From Octopus vulgaris (taxonomy: Eukaryota), in contig OX597819.1 of NCBI GenBank assembly GCA_951406725.2, forward strand, positions 131,502,001-131,566,000: a stretch of DNA of 64,000 nt, written 5' to 3'. Shown here in pieces: positions 1 through 11,970 of this stretch. Each line of letters begins with the position of its first letter. The stretch's first letter is position 1. The notes beneath the pieces are model-generated. The model had not been told where the DNA came from, searched no databases, and saw only the letters and a program-made list of their open reading frames with translations. The translations under genes and the position numbers were made by a program.

Positions 1-1542
1 CAAACTCCAAAATACCAACAAAGTAAGTAGTGATGGACCATTTTTGCTTGGTTAAGTTTCTTAACTCTTTTTTGTTCCTTTATTTCTAACCAAAATACAC
101 CGTTTATGTGTTGCAATTAAATTCTAAAATAATTATGAATTTAGACGGGTTTCTTAAAACAACTCCTAATTTATTTTATTTAACATGTTGATATTTTGGA
201 ATACAATTTAACAAAGGGTTCTTAACCTCTATTGCATAATTTTATCTCAGAGTAAATCTAATTACAGGTAAATTCAACAAAATATAAAAATTATTAAAAT
301 TTTGTTTAAACATCAGCATAGAAAATGAGTTCTCCTTTTTTTTTCTCTTTGTGTTTCACATAATGATTTCTTCCCACGGTAATTGCTCAAAATGGGGGAG
401 AAAAAAAAAATCTAATGGTTTCCTTGGAAAGACTGGCCAAACTTTTCTGCCTGACAAAATGAAACTGATGTTTTTTTCTCCATAGTAAAACATTTCAGAA
501 AATTGAAGTGGGGTAAAAAAAAAAAATGTTCTTAAATATTTGCATCTCTCAAGATGTCTCGTAAACTCCATTGTTTACTTAGTGAAATCCTGTGTTTTCA
601 CAGACTCAATGTTCCAATGAGATCTCTGCTGAAATTCTCATGATACAACAACTATTCTGTTTTAGTTTGGTTATTGACATTTGCCAATTAAATTCTTGGC
701 TGGGTAAAGCTGTCTTAGTGTCAAAATGATTAATCTGTTCTATATGATGAAGATAAATCTTACAGTATATTTTCCAATCATTTTGATCTTTAATCGTCTA
801 TTGGGCACGAGGTTTCCAGGATCTAATCTAATCTGCTTACTCCAAAGTGCCTAAAGTTTAAAATAGAAAAAAAATCCATAAATTTAGATGTTCAAATGAT
901 TTTGTACAATAAAAATATTTCCTATCAGGGAGTCATTGGGTTGTCTCCCATCGTTCTATTTTCGCCTCTCCACTGCCAATCTTTTTGTCGACCAAATCTG
1001 ATTTATTCAGTGGTAAGTTTACGGAATCCCCAAAATATAAGGCAACTTCAGGTGTCTCTTGTTATTTTCATTCTCTTTCTCTCATGTTTAATACACTTCT
1101 TGTATTGTTCTTTGTGCTGCAAGGAAAACCACGTTCTGGTAATTGTATCTGTACAGTCTCCCCCCTTGAATGTCTGCCCCCCTCTCTTTATTAGGAATGA
1201 AACTTTTGTAGAATATAGTAATTATAGTATTTGATTTAGAATAAAAAACTCAAAGTCCAAAAATAAAATTAAATCAAAAAAAATATTCCAGCTCTGAAAA
1301 ATGGGTTGAGTCCCCCCTCCCCCAAGGATCACAGACTTCAAAGTCTTGTACTTAATTTTTGGACATTGTTTTCTATTCTCTGCATGTAAGTAAATGTTGT
1401 CTATGTCACTGCTTTTTGATGATGGAATTAACAGGAGAAGAAACAATGGTAAATTCTTGAAGCCATTCAACTTCTTACATGGAACACATTAACAAATTCG
1501 AATTTGTCTTTTCATTGCAAAATAAAACTTAAAAACTGAAAG

Positions 1543-1790
1543 TGTGAGGCCCAGTGGTTAGGGTGTTGCCACTCATGATTGCCAGATCCTTGTGGGTTCA
1601 ATTCCTGGCCTGAGCAGCATGGGGTCTTGAGTCGAACGCTTCATTTCACATTGTTCCAGTCCCCCCCCTTTGATCAGGGGAAGGGGGAATGTCATTCGAA
1701 GACTAAAACGATGCAAAGTGCATTGTGACCAGTGATGTGTACCCTCATCTAATTTGCTCGGTCGTGTGTTCACCTGAATAAAACTTAACT
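1543..1790 (+). mobile_element. tRNA-derived SINE, family D (degenerate)
   Basis: GCCCAGTGGTTAGGGTGTT...GGTTCAATTCC head followed by cttcatttcacattg.tccagtcc, shared with copies at 22531, 27866 and 63489. Confidence 0.65.
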
Positions 1791-1872
1791 AGAATTCTTA
1801 TAACAATTCAATTTAAATTTATTTTGGAATATTTACATTTGATGGATATTTGTCCTCATCTTGTTTATTATT

Positions 1873-1917
1873 AACACAACGTTTCGGCTGATATACCTTT
1901 CAGCTTTCATCAGGTGT
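1873..1917 (-). ncRNA. minimal type I hammerhead ribozyme motif (Penelope-like)
   Basis: Minus strand reads acac-CTGATGA-a-agctga aaggtata tcagcc-GAAACGTT-gtgt: stem I acac/gtgt, intact core, stem II gctga/tcagc, palindromic ACGT at stem III. Confidence 0.7.
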
Positions 1918-2187
1918 ATTGGGGAAATTTCGAACCTGGGTTCTCATTCCTAAGGTATTTTTCAATGTTGTTGTTATTCAGGTCACTGCCTGGAATCAAA
2001 CTCTGAATCTTGGGGTTAGTAGCCTGTGCTCTTAACCACTACGCCCACCAGCATGTAGTGTAGTGGTTAAGAGTGTGGGCTATTAACCCCAAGATTCTGA
2101 ATTCGATTCCTGTCAGTGACCTGAATAATAATAATAATATTGAAAAATACATTAGGAATGAGAACCCAGGTTTGAAATTTCCGCCAA

Positions 2188-2230
2188 GACACCTGTTGAA
2201 GGCTGGAGGGTATATCAGCTGAAATGTGTT
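2188..2230 (+). ncRNA. degenerate hammerhead ribozyme motif, partner copy
   Basis: gacac-CTGTTGA-a-ggctg gagggtatat cagct-GAAAT-gtgtt, with core A6 changed to T and a 3-nt deletion at stem III. Confidence 0.5.
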
Positions 2231-2552
2231 TACAAACAAGATGAGGACAAATATCCGTCAAATGTTGTCCAATCCAGATTGGACTTGTTGAAACTCAAAT
2301 TCTCAGCCAATTTGATCTTCTCAGTATTGTGATTTACAAACTGCTCAACGACTAAAGACAAATGACTGAGTTTAGATGCCGGACAAAAAGACCCTTGGAA
2401 TCAGTTTTAGTGTTTCTGCAAAATCTGTTATAAAACATAAATCCCTGCTTCCATGCTGACTGCTTTGGTTGTGAGAGATGTAGCCACATGTTCCATCATC
2501 AATTAGCATCTATGTTGTTTGTCATTGGTTGTGAATTCTGTTTCTTTTGCAG

Positions 2553-2702
2553 ACTGCACGACAGACCCCACCATCACCGCCACCACTGCCACTACGAAAA
2601 AGACCCCACCACCACCACGGCCGCCTCCACCTAATGTTAGTCTTGCACCTGTGCCGTCAGCCCCCCAATCTATTCAGCCCACTAATGAGGTTATTCCACC
2701 AG
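2553..2702 (+). CDS. PDCD6IP: PDCD6IP/ALIX internal coding exon (proline-rich domain)
   Basis: Acceptor ttcttttgcag|, donor CAG|gtaaat, phase 1-1. Encodes KKTPPPPRPPPP and PVPSAP, matching the ALIX P.RPPPP and PSAP motifs. Confidence 0.78.
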
Positions 2703-3855
2703 GTAAATGATTCAGCTGTCGGCCAATCTATATTAAACAAGCTCTCTCTCTCTCCTCTCTCTCTCTTTCTCTCTTCTCACTTCTTTCTCTCTCTCTCTCG
2801 CTCTCCATCCATAAGTTGACAAGATGCTGATGGCACTGAGCTCAACTAAACACTTCAATTCCGAAATCACCCGTCCTTGCTCCTTTCATCTGGATTCTCT
2901 CATTACATCATCACGGGGACCATTTTTGGTGCATGTGCACACATGCGCGCATGCACGCACGCACCAATTGGTGTACATATATAAACCAATCTCAAAAACT
3001 CCTGTTGCCTTCCTCAGTGAGAATTGACCCCTGCAGCCTGCCAATTGGTGTAAATTACTCACTGTAGCCGAAAGAACTGAATGCCAAAGGTGGTTGCTCC
3101 TCGAGGTTGTCCCATCAGTGTTAGGGGTTTTGTTTCCTTTATTAAAAGTTTAACCTTTTTGGCATTTAAACCAGCTAGATCTGGTCTTTCACACCTACAC
3201 TACAATGTCTTCTGAAGGTAATTACATTTGACTAACCCGAATGCTAAAGAGTTAAACCTATATCCACCCATCTACCCAGCAGCTGACAACACTCTGTTGC
3301 GGGGGAACACCCCCATTAACCCATCTCAGTTGATACAAAAAACATGACATTCTCTGATTCCACAAGACAGCTTCCTCCTGAAAATTCAGATTTATAAAAC
3401 TGTATTTTTGTTGTTGTTGTTCCTCTGAGATTCCAAAAAATAATTATTTGGTAATTGCTGATATTAATTATATAAAAGTTTGATAGCTTGTAAGGCATTT
3501 GGATCCAAATGGAAAAAAAGAAACGAATTTAATCATAGATTTTTTTCGTTTAACGACACTCATTGAATGTTCTAATTAGTGATTTTCCATTTAAATACAA
3601 AACTAAAAACGAGATTTAAAAATTATTTTTGCTAAAAGAAAGCATTAATTGCTCGTTAATTATTCAACCCACGAGAAACGTAAAAGCTGAATGGTTGAAT
3701 GAACTAAAAATCTTGAATTCTATGGAACTGGTTCCACAGTTTTGGCAGATTGAAAGTAATCAGCTTGATTAATATTTGTACAAAGCGTTTATGATTAGAA
3801 CCTGCTGACTTCTGGGATCATGAGCATTACTTAATTGCCATCAACAAATTGGGCT

Positions 3856-4091
3856 TCTTATTTCTTTACTGCTCACAAGGGGCTAAACACAGAGGGGACA
3901 AGCAAGGACAGACAAACAGATGAAGTCGATTACATCGACCCAGTGCGTAACTGGTACTTATTTAATCAACACCCGAAAGGATGAAAGGCAAAGTCGACCT
4001 CGGCAGAATTTGAACTCAGAATGTAGCGGAAAACGAAATACTGTTAAGCATTTTGCCCGATGTGCTAACGTTTCTGCCAGCTCACTGCCTT
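3856..4091 (-). mobile_element. SINE family C, near full length
   Basis: Close match to 61621-61858: head AAGGC.G.GAGCTGGCAGA, B-box GAGTTCAAATTC, core gtcgactttgcctttcatcc, A-rich tail. Confidence 0.85.
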
Positions 4092-5748
4092 GGGCTTCTA
4101 AGAAGTAATTAGGGAGTAGGAAACAAATTAGTCTTTCATTGTTAACCCTTTAATTAAGTAGAGTCAGTACATAAGTTTCGACTCCTCAATTTATGACACC
4201 AACTTGAAATTCTTTGTAATGAAAGCCATTTTTTATGAGGATGTAACAAAACGCACATCCAACATGACCCATGGGAATCAAGAAAACCTAATCTGGTAAA
4301 AGTTGGAGTTTAAAAGCTGTAGTGAGTTCTTTGTGGTTTTTAAAATTATCTGCTAAAGAAGATACAAACAATTAAACCCAAGACTAAAACTCTTAAAAAT
4401 CGTTAGTCACTTCAACATTTAAATTTAATTTGCTAAAATATTTTTGTCGCTTTGAGATCACTTTCAAAATTCCGTGCTGTTGAAGTGAATCTAACGGTTT
4501 TTGTGTTTTAAATGGCTTATAAACACCTTCCATGCTACAATTCTTTTCATTCCAGCACAAAATCTCAGATCAGGTCGCTTGATATGCAAGTACATCTCCG
4601 TAATTTAAAAAATTTTATGAAAAGAAATAAAAAAAAAAAATGTTTTGCTGATTATTTTAATTTTTTTGTGCTAGTTAGTAGCATCATTAATGGGTGTATG
4701 TCAATATTTGATGTTAGGCGATGAGCTAGCAGAACCAGTAATATGCCCGGCAAAATGCCTTTTACCATTTCTGGCCTTGTGCCAACGTTTCATATTCTTG
4801 TTCAATTTTGCTCAATTCTGAAATTAATGTCTGAATATTTTTCTGGAGCTTCTTTACTCCAAAGTACAAAGTACAGTACTCTATGTTTAATGAGAATAGT
4901 TTATTGTAAAAATGTCAAAGGAAAAGAGTTTAACTTTAATTTCAATCTTTTAATTATGGCTGGAATTTCAAATGTTTTTTTTTTTCTGTAATCATTATCT
5001 GGTTTCCAGATGATCTATTTTCTACACTTTCTTGTTTTCCATATTTTAATGTACACACACACACACACGCGTATGTGTGTGTATACATATGCTACAATAA
5101 CTTAGTCATCAGTATTTATTAATTTTTAATTTATGGATGATAACAGTCTTCTTTAAGAAGATTGTGTAAATGTAGATTTTATTTCTCCACAAATATTTAA
5201 AATTCCCCCAAATTCAGACCAGCTTCACCCCCTTTGTTTTGCATGTCTTCAGCTGTTGTTGTTGTTGTTGTTGTTGTTAGTAAAGTTTTCGTTGGCCAGC
5301 ACCTTCTTCCCAAATCTTTCACTTTTTTTCCTTGTATGAATCCATTTCCTAAAAGCATTGTAAAGATTTTGCTGATTCCTTCACTGATCATCCAATACCA
5401 AAATTTGACAGACTTTATTTTGCAGATTAAACTGAAACCCCTTTTTTTTCTTAAACTGTTGCTTCCCCAATATGTTTCTTTGGTTATGAGATTTCTGTAT
5501 AAACTTAGTTTTCATCTTAATAATCCTGACTCTGTTAAATAAATTCTCTGTGGTTAACTCAACCATTTCTGTGAGGCACCAAACCAACGTGCCTGTTCTT
5601 TTCACTCACAGGATTCTCCTCCACAGAATATCTTTACAAAAGCCATCAGATTTAATTTTTTTTTTGTCTTCGAGATGTCTTGTGTTCGTTTGTTTCTTCT
5701 CTTGATAATTGTTCATTATTCGTATGTTTGTGTTGCTCCTCCTTTCAG

Positions 5749-5895
5749 CAGGTCGACTAGGTGACCCTTCTCCTCCCCCGGGAACAGCTCCAGTAGTTCC
5801 TGGTGGTAGTGCCGGGCTTCCAGTGACAGCTTCTGCCCCAATTCCCCAGACATCTACAAATTCAGCTCAGCAGCCTCCTCCTCCTCCATATTATG
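5749..5895 (+). CDS. PDCD6IP: PDCD6IP/ALIX penultimate coding exon
   Basis: Polypyrimidine tract plus cctttcag|cag acceptor, donor TATG|gtaaga, phase 1-1. Encodes Pro/Ser/Ala-rich GDPSPPPGTAP...QQPPPPPYY. Confidence 0.75.
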
Positions 5896-6226
5896 GTAAG
5901 ACATCATCAGGTTCACGTTTATCTCAGGTTTACTCCTTGTTTTCTCATTAAAATAAGCCTCATTTCACACTTTCAAATTTTTACTCCATGTTTAAGTAGT
6001 TATTTCATCCAAAAACCATTTTCCTTCCCGAAATCTTCCGATCCTCTCCAGAAATATTCTTCTCACTGCTATTTTATCCTCTTCAATCTGATCTCATTCA
6101 AAGATTGTCTTCAAATTACTCTAAAAAATAGAATTTCACCTAAACAAAATAAAACTGATGCAATTAATGTGAATAAAATAAAATAATTCCAAAAGGAACT
6201 GGACTTTTAACAGTTTAATATTCCTG

Positions 6227-6397
6227 ATAATTAAAAATGTTGATTTTGCTAAAGGCTCCAATTAAGAAAATCCTTAGTGTAAAAATATTTGTAATTATTA
6301 AAAATGTCGACTTTACTAAAATCTCTAGGTCAGTAAGTAAAATTCTTAATGTAAAAACATTTGTAATTATTAAAAATGTTGACTTTGTTAAACTCCA
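6227..6397. repeat. about 79-bp tandem duplication in ALIX intron
   Basis: tgtaaaa..atttgtaattattaaaaatgt.gacttt occurs twice, plus a partial third copy. Confidence 0.7.
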
Positions 6398-6771
6398 ATT
6401 GTCTCTTTTAGAATGGTTCCAACAGCTGGATGCCCTTTCTAATGCCGGCTAATTTAGTGTGTAGTGGGTGCTTTTTATGTGGTACCAGGCCAATTCACCT
6501 CTATCACTTCAACCATCTGTCTCTCTTTGTGTTAAGGGTCACATTGAGTGTTTGGCCAGCAACATTTACAGAATCTTTCTTAATCAGGGATTGGTGAAAG
6601 GCTGCCCTTTCATTTCTTTTGTTTCATCTCTGTTTAAAATAAAACTGACAAAATGGCAAGAATAATTAATGCCGTTTTAGTAAAAGTCATTTGATAAAAA
6701 TAAACCTGGCATAAGTTTTTTTTATTACCTGAATGAGATTCTTGAGTCTTGACCGTGGATGACCATTTGAC

Positions 6772-7001
6772 CATCATCATCATCATCGTTTAACGTCCGT
6801 TTTCCATGCTAGCATGGGTTGGACGGTTCAACTGGGGTCTGCGCCAGGCCCAGTCTGATCTGGCAGTGTTTCTACAGCTGGATGCCCTTCCTAACGCCAA
6901 CCACTCTGTGAGTGTAGTGGGTGCTTTTTACATGCCACCTGCACAGGTGCCAGATGAGGCTGGCAAACGGCCACGATCAGATGGTGCTTTTTACGTGCCA
7001 C
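6772..7001 (-). mobile_element. RTE LINE 3' UTR fragment with (TGA)n tail
   Basis: (cat)n, ccatgctagcatgg palindrome and ggatgcccttcctaacgccaaccact; same sequence as follows the RTE ORF end at 56168-56757. Confidence 0.85.
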
Positions 7002-7781
7002 TATTTTCTAAAGTCGTGGCTGTGTATCCCTGACCAAGGGGCACCTCACCTGATTAAAATTTAGATGTGATTTTGTGGTTTCCGTTTTCAGTTCCTTTGT
7101 GTGGTGGCCTTGGGAAATTGTGTACAGCTTATAGCCTTGGGCTGACCCCCTTGTAAGAGGATTCAGTAGATTGGAAACTGAAAGAAGCCTCATGTGAAAG
7201 AAAGATAGTGTGTGTGTGAGTTAGTGGTTTCCTTGTCTTGACATCACATGACAGTTGTAAAGGAGTTTCCCTGTTAACCAAGCAGTGTCTGTTTCCAATC
7301 TTCCTGCAAGACTATGTTGGATCAATGTGCAATAATACTTTGCTTGGAAACGGGTGAGGGTTAGTGACAGGGAGGGTATCCAGCTCTCGCAAATGTACCT
7401 TCTGTGAAAGCAGGGAAAAGTCCCATGTTGAATGAGAATTTCATCGCATTCTAGTCATTAGCTGTAGTGGAGGTGGGGAGTATTGTGCTGCCAGACCCAT
7501 TTGTTGCTCAACACAATACAAACCCCCACTGGATGGAAAGCAGGGGGTGGGGTGGCAGAAAACAAAGCTTATGAATATTTAACAATAACAAATGTGGACA
7601 AATTTTTTTATATATTAAAAAAGATTTTTTCTCTAACTTTCTAAAAGTGGAAATTATTTCCCATGTTTCGGTCAGTTTCGTTGGTAGCTCTGCTTTTGAA
7701 TTCTTCTTCTTCCCACAAATCTAATTAACTAAATAATGAGTTTCTGTTTTGTTCTTAAATGTTGTTTGTCTTATTTTCCAG

Positions 7782-8044
7782 GTGGAGAACAACCAGCACC
7801 GTCTGCTGCCAGCTGGTCCGCTCCGTATCCAATGTATTCCATGATGCCAATGCCGTCTGGTTATAATCCATACAATCCTTTCATGGCCTTTCCTCAGCCC
7901 TCTTACCCTGGTGGCTACCCGGTTCAGCCACCACAATATTCCTACCCAGGACAACAACCTCCTCCACAATATCCACCACAACACCCACCACCTCAACAAT
8001 CTAACTACCCAGGGTATACACAACCTCAAGCTCGTTGGCCCTGA
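7782..8044 (+). CDS. PDCD6IP: PDCD6IP/ALIX terminal coding exon
   Basis: Acceptor ttattttccag|, phase 1. Encodes PYPMYSMMPMPSGYNPY...YPGQQPPPQYPP, matching the ALIX MPMPMGYNPY / PxY-rich C-terminus. Ends at TGA 8042-8044. Confidence 0.85.
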
Positions 8045-8144
8045 GTTGCTTTAACCTTTTCAAAAACAAAAAGAAAATGCAATTTGTAGCCTTTTCCTAT
8101 ATATTGAGCTGGTCAAATTTAGAAACCTTTAAAGTCTTTTAGTG

Positions 8145-8196
<52 letters not shown>

Positions 8197-8492
8197 TGTT
8201 CAAATTGAATTATAAATTTTCAGTTTGTTCTCTATAATATTTTACATTAGCCGTTTAAAACGAAAAAAAATAAATGCTTCGTTCATTTTTATATTTTAAT
8301 TAATCAGTTAAAAATAATAATTACAGTCAATTTTCTGATAAAAAATAAAATCTTTTGCTTTATTACAACTTTAATTTCTTCTCTAAAAACCAAAGCCAAC
8401 ATTTACCTTTATTTTTACAATTTTTTCTCCCCCTCACTTGAGAGAAAAAAAAAGCCTAGCTGAAAATAGATCTGTAAAGAAACCGGAGCAAC

Positions 8493-8537
<45 letters not shown>

Positions 8538-10017
8538 CCAACCAGGGAATATGAAATATGAACAAAATTGCAAGATACTGTTTACTGTTTTAGGAATATT
8601 ACTTTCTACTTTTTATCGAAAATGTATTTATGTCTCTTCTTTCCTTCAAGACTCCATTGCGATGTATTGAATGTTGGTTAAAACTCTTGTTGGGCCTTCC
8701 AGCTGATAACGTGAAAATATGTCCTCTTCAGCATCCAGTTAATTTTTTGTGGGTAGAACTTAATCAGCTTTCATTTAATCTATATAAACATCATAATTAC
8801 TTGATTCCTTATATAAAAAAAAAAAAACAACACTGCTAATGAACTTTATATATTCTGATAGACAATTTGTGACCAACTTTCAAGAGCTCTGTGTTGAGAT
8901 TTCACAGAATTACCTGCCCTTGGAACAAATTTTCATTTCATGTTGACTAATGTTTGTTGAAGCTGTTTGGGTGTGGCTTGCATTCAGCTGGCTGCAATAT
9001 CGGGTCTAGACTGGAGCTGAGGACAATGGTGACGTGTGATGTGATAGTTTGATGCCTGAAATTAGTGTGGGAAAGAAAAAAAAAACACAAAAACGACCAA
9101 AAAAAAAAAAAAACCCTTTCCATTCATAAGAATATATAAATTTACATATTGTATATTTCTTTGTGTACCTTTATTCCCTTTGTGCTAATTTAGAACCATA
9201 AACTCCCTGGAATTCTCTGGAGTGTCCTGATCTTGAACAAGCTTCGTTCAGTATGTTTGTGTACAAAAATCTCAATCACTCATTCTCTCTCTTTCTATCT
9301 CTCTCTCTCTCTCTCTATTTAAAATCTGATATGACAGAAGGCTGTGAAATTTTACATTAGTTATGGAGTTATTTTCAAAGTTGATTCTCTTGTAAGATGC
9401 CGAACTGATGCACGTATTAAAAGTACCAATTCTTTGTGGTTTTCATAAACCCTGTTAAATAAGTAGAAGAGACCTGCTCTGAAATAACCTCTGTGAGTCG
9501 AGTTATGGCACCATTTTAAGGAAAATCATTCCTGTCTGAATCCTGCTGGGTTTCTTTAAAAAGTTAGCGGCAAAGTTTGTCCGTTTAGGCATTGGTTTGT
9601 TTCGACAGCAAAACAGGAATTTCAAGAAAACAAATGCATTTTGGCAATGGAATCGTTTTCTTTTTAATAACGCTAGCGAAACTCTGGTGTCAATAGCTGA
9701 ATAAATGTAAACAATATTGTAAAATTTAAGACTTGTAAATTTAAGTTGGGTTAGGGTACATATCAGATACACACACACACACTCTTCCAATCAAATATTT
9801 AATTAGGTGTAATTTAGTTGCCAACTTTTGGTATTTCATGTTTTGTTAACTTTCAGGAAGAAAATTTTATTTTGTTGTCTTCAGTATAATAATAATAATG
9901 TTCCATCAAATAGGATCAAGTGACTGTATGTCTCATATATATATATAAATAAATATAAAACATATATAAATATATATAATGATAAACAAGCAAGAGAACT
10001 GATTTCATATCTTGAAT

Positions 10018-10023
10018 AATAAA
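10018..10023 (+). terminator. candidate distal polyadenylation signal of PDCD6IP
   Basis: AATAAA followed by a T/GT-rich tract at the end of a SINE-free 2 kb stretch after the stop codon. Other AATAAA sites occur near 8270, 8343 and 9700. Confidence 0.35.
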
Positions 10024-10456
10024 ATTTATATAACTCTACTCTTTTGTATTGCGTTTCAATATTGGTCGTCCGAACATTATCTCCATCCATTTTAAATGTT
10101 TCTGCATTTGTCCCCCATTTATTGCAAGGGTTTGGTTTTTAAAAGCAAATTGTTAAATGAATGCGCTTTGTAAATGGAACGAATAGGAAATCTATCGGCA
10201 CCAAACTCCTGGACCACACAGGCAAAGTTTCCATCTTATCTATTTTCTTGATCGTCCCTTAGGGGTTTTTTTCTCTCTAGAAAATGACCATCCCTGTTGT
10301 TTGTTTGGCTCAGGTGCCTTTGGACTTTTTTTCTATTTTCTCTCTCATGTAACTGGGTGCATAAATGCAAATTGTTGTCACCACTTAACATCTGTTTTCC
10401 ATGGTATAGAATGGTTTTTATGGTTTTTATGGGTGGATGCCCTTCCTAATGCCAAC

Positions 10457-10790
10457 CATCATCATCATTTAGCGTCCGCCTTCCATGCTAGCATGGGTTG
10501 GGTGGTTCAACCAGGGTCTGGGAAGCCAGGAGGCTGCACCAGGCCAGTCAGATCTGGCAGTGTTTCTACAGCTGGATGCCCTTCCTAACGCCAACCACTC
10601 CGAGAGTGTAGTGGGTGATTTTATATGCCACCAACACAGGTGCCAGACGAGGCTGGCGAACGGCCACGCTCTGATGGTGTTTTTTATGTGCCACCGACAC
10701 AGGTGCCAGACGAGGCTGGCGAACGGCCACGCTCGGATGGTGTATTTTACATGCGACCGTCACGGAGGCCAGGCGAGGCTGGCACGGCCT
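10457..10790 (-). mobile_element. RTE LINE 3' UTR fragment with three internal units of about 64 bp
   Basis: Same family as 59837-60360. Confidence 0.85.
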
Positions 10791-11359
10791 AGGGTGCTTT
10801 TGATATGGCACCAGCACTTGCAAGACAACTCTCAGCCAAAAGAGAGAGAGTGGAACCAAAAGATTCAATCCATATTGAAAATGTGCTCCTTCGCAACATG
10901 ATCCTGGACACATGAGCAATAGTGCATTGCGGATGTTACCCAGGTACGTTTTTGTGGTTCGAGCAGAATCTTAACTGATTGCCAACCTGTGTTGTCACAG
11001 AGGAGACTGTGGTAAGTGTAATGTGGTTCACATTTGAGCGTCTCGGAACACAAAGGTGAATGAATCTGACAAATGGGGCTTAACTAGCCATCTGAATTGT
11101 GCTTTGTCTAAAGATCTGATGTAACCTGACACCACCAACCCAAGCACCTTGCTGGTCACGGTTTTGTAGTCTCTGTTGCTGCTGTGTCACGTCTTAGTCT
11201 TTTAGTGTTTGCAGAGCATTGAACTACAGTCACGATACGGGTAACTCTTTCCCAAATATTAAAACCGCTTTCAGTCCTCTCTCTGTCAGCTCTTTCTCAA
11301 CAACAACAACTAATCTTTATGCTTTCCAATGCAGTCTGCTATTCGCCAATACATCATAT

Positions 11360-11730
11360 TGCCACTTCAACAGGGCTGTTCCGTGGCAACCGGGGTTTCT
11401 TGCATTTTCACCCCCACCGTGGAGGATGTCTCCTACTCCAGGTGCTTATTCAATGCAATCTGTACCTGATATAGGTATTGCAAGCAAGGGAGTGAACCCC
11501 TTATAACTTCCAGCCATGACTACCACACTGTATGGTTTCCACCTCTTGGTGGTAATCCTCGGTGGTGGATACTCATCTGCTAGAGATAGCAGTAGGTGGG
11601 AGTCCACTCCCTTGCTTGCAATATAAATCGGATGCAGATTGCGTTAGATTAGCAGCTGGGGGTGACATCCTCCAGGGGTTAAAATGTAAGTAACATCAGT
11701 TCCTATGAAACAACTTATGTTGAAGGGGCA
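11360..11730. mobile_element. old foldback / MITE-like element
   Basis: Diverged arms of about 140 bp, including perfect tattgcaagcaagggagtg / cactcccttgcttgcaata and ggaggatgtc / gacatcctcc. Confidence 0.65.
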
Positions 11731-11809
11731 GCGAACCTTACTTCTGAGTTGAGTTACTGCTTTCATCTCTTGAACAGATTTTCTAACGAGCTAATTTGCT
11801 TATAGAAAT

Positions 11810-11970
11810 AATACATTTCTAAATCTCTCAGAGAGATCTCTACAGTAACAGCACAATAAAGTGATGGTATGTTGCCAACTTATTGTGACTGTCACATAAA
11901 TTTGACAACATACCATCACTTTATTGTGCTGTTACTGTAGAGATCTCTCTGAGAGATTTAGAAATGTATT
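11810..11970. repeat. 161-bp near-perfect palindrome
   Basis: Perfect 65-bp arms (11810-11874, 11906-11970). The centre also pairs imperfectly (tgtgac-t-gtcaca). Confidence 0.92.

Larger units (their letters stand above)
1835..2265. mobile_element. head-to-head inverted pair of tRNA-headed short elements with hammerhead ribozyme motifs
   Basis: Arms of about 210 bp are diverged reverse complements. Each has an A-box-like GTAGTGGTTAAG, a B-box-like GAATTCGATTCC/GAGTTTGATTCC, and a hammerhead-core-like segment. Confidence 0.8.

Noticed and set aside
2050-2120. tRNA gene
   Set aside because: It has A/B boxes but no proper acceptor stem. It is the head of a repeat, as are the other tRNA-like SINE heads.
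10485-10919. Recurrent ORFs containing LQLDALPNANHS
   Set aside because: Antisense translation of the RTE 3' UTR repeat, not a protein family.
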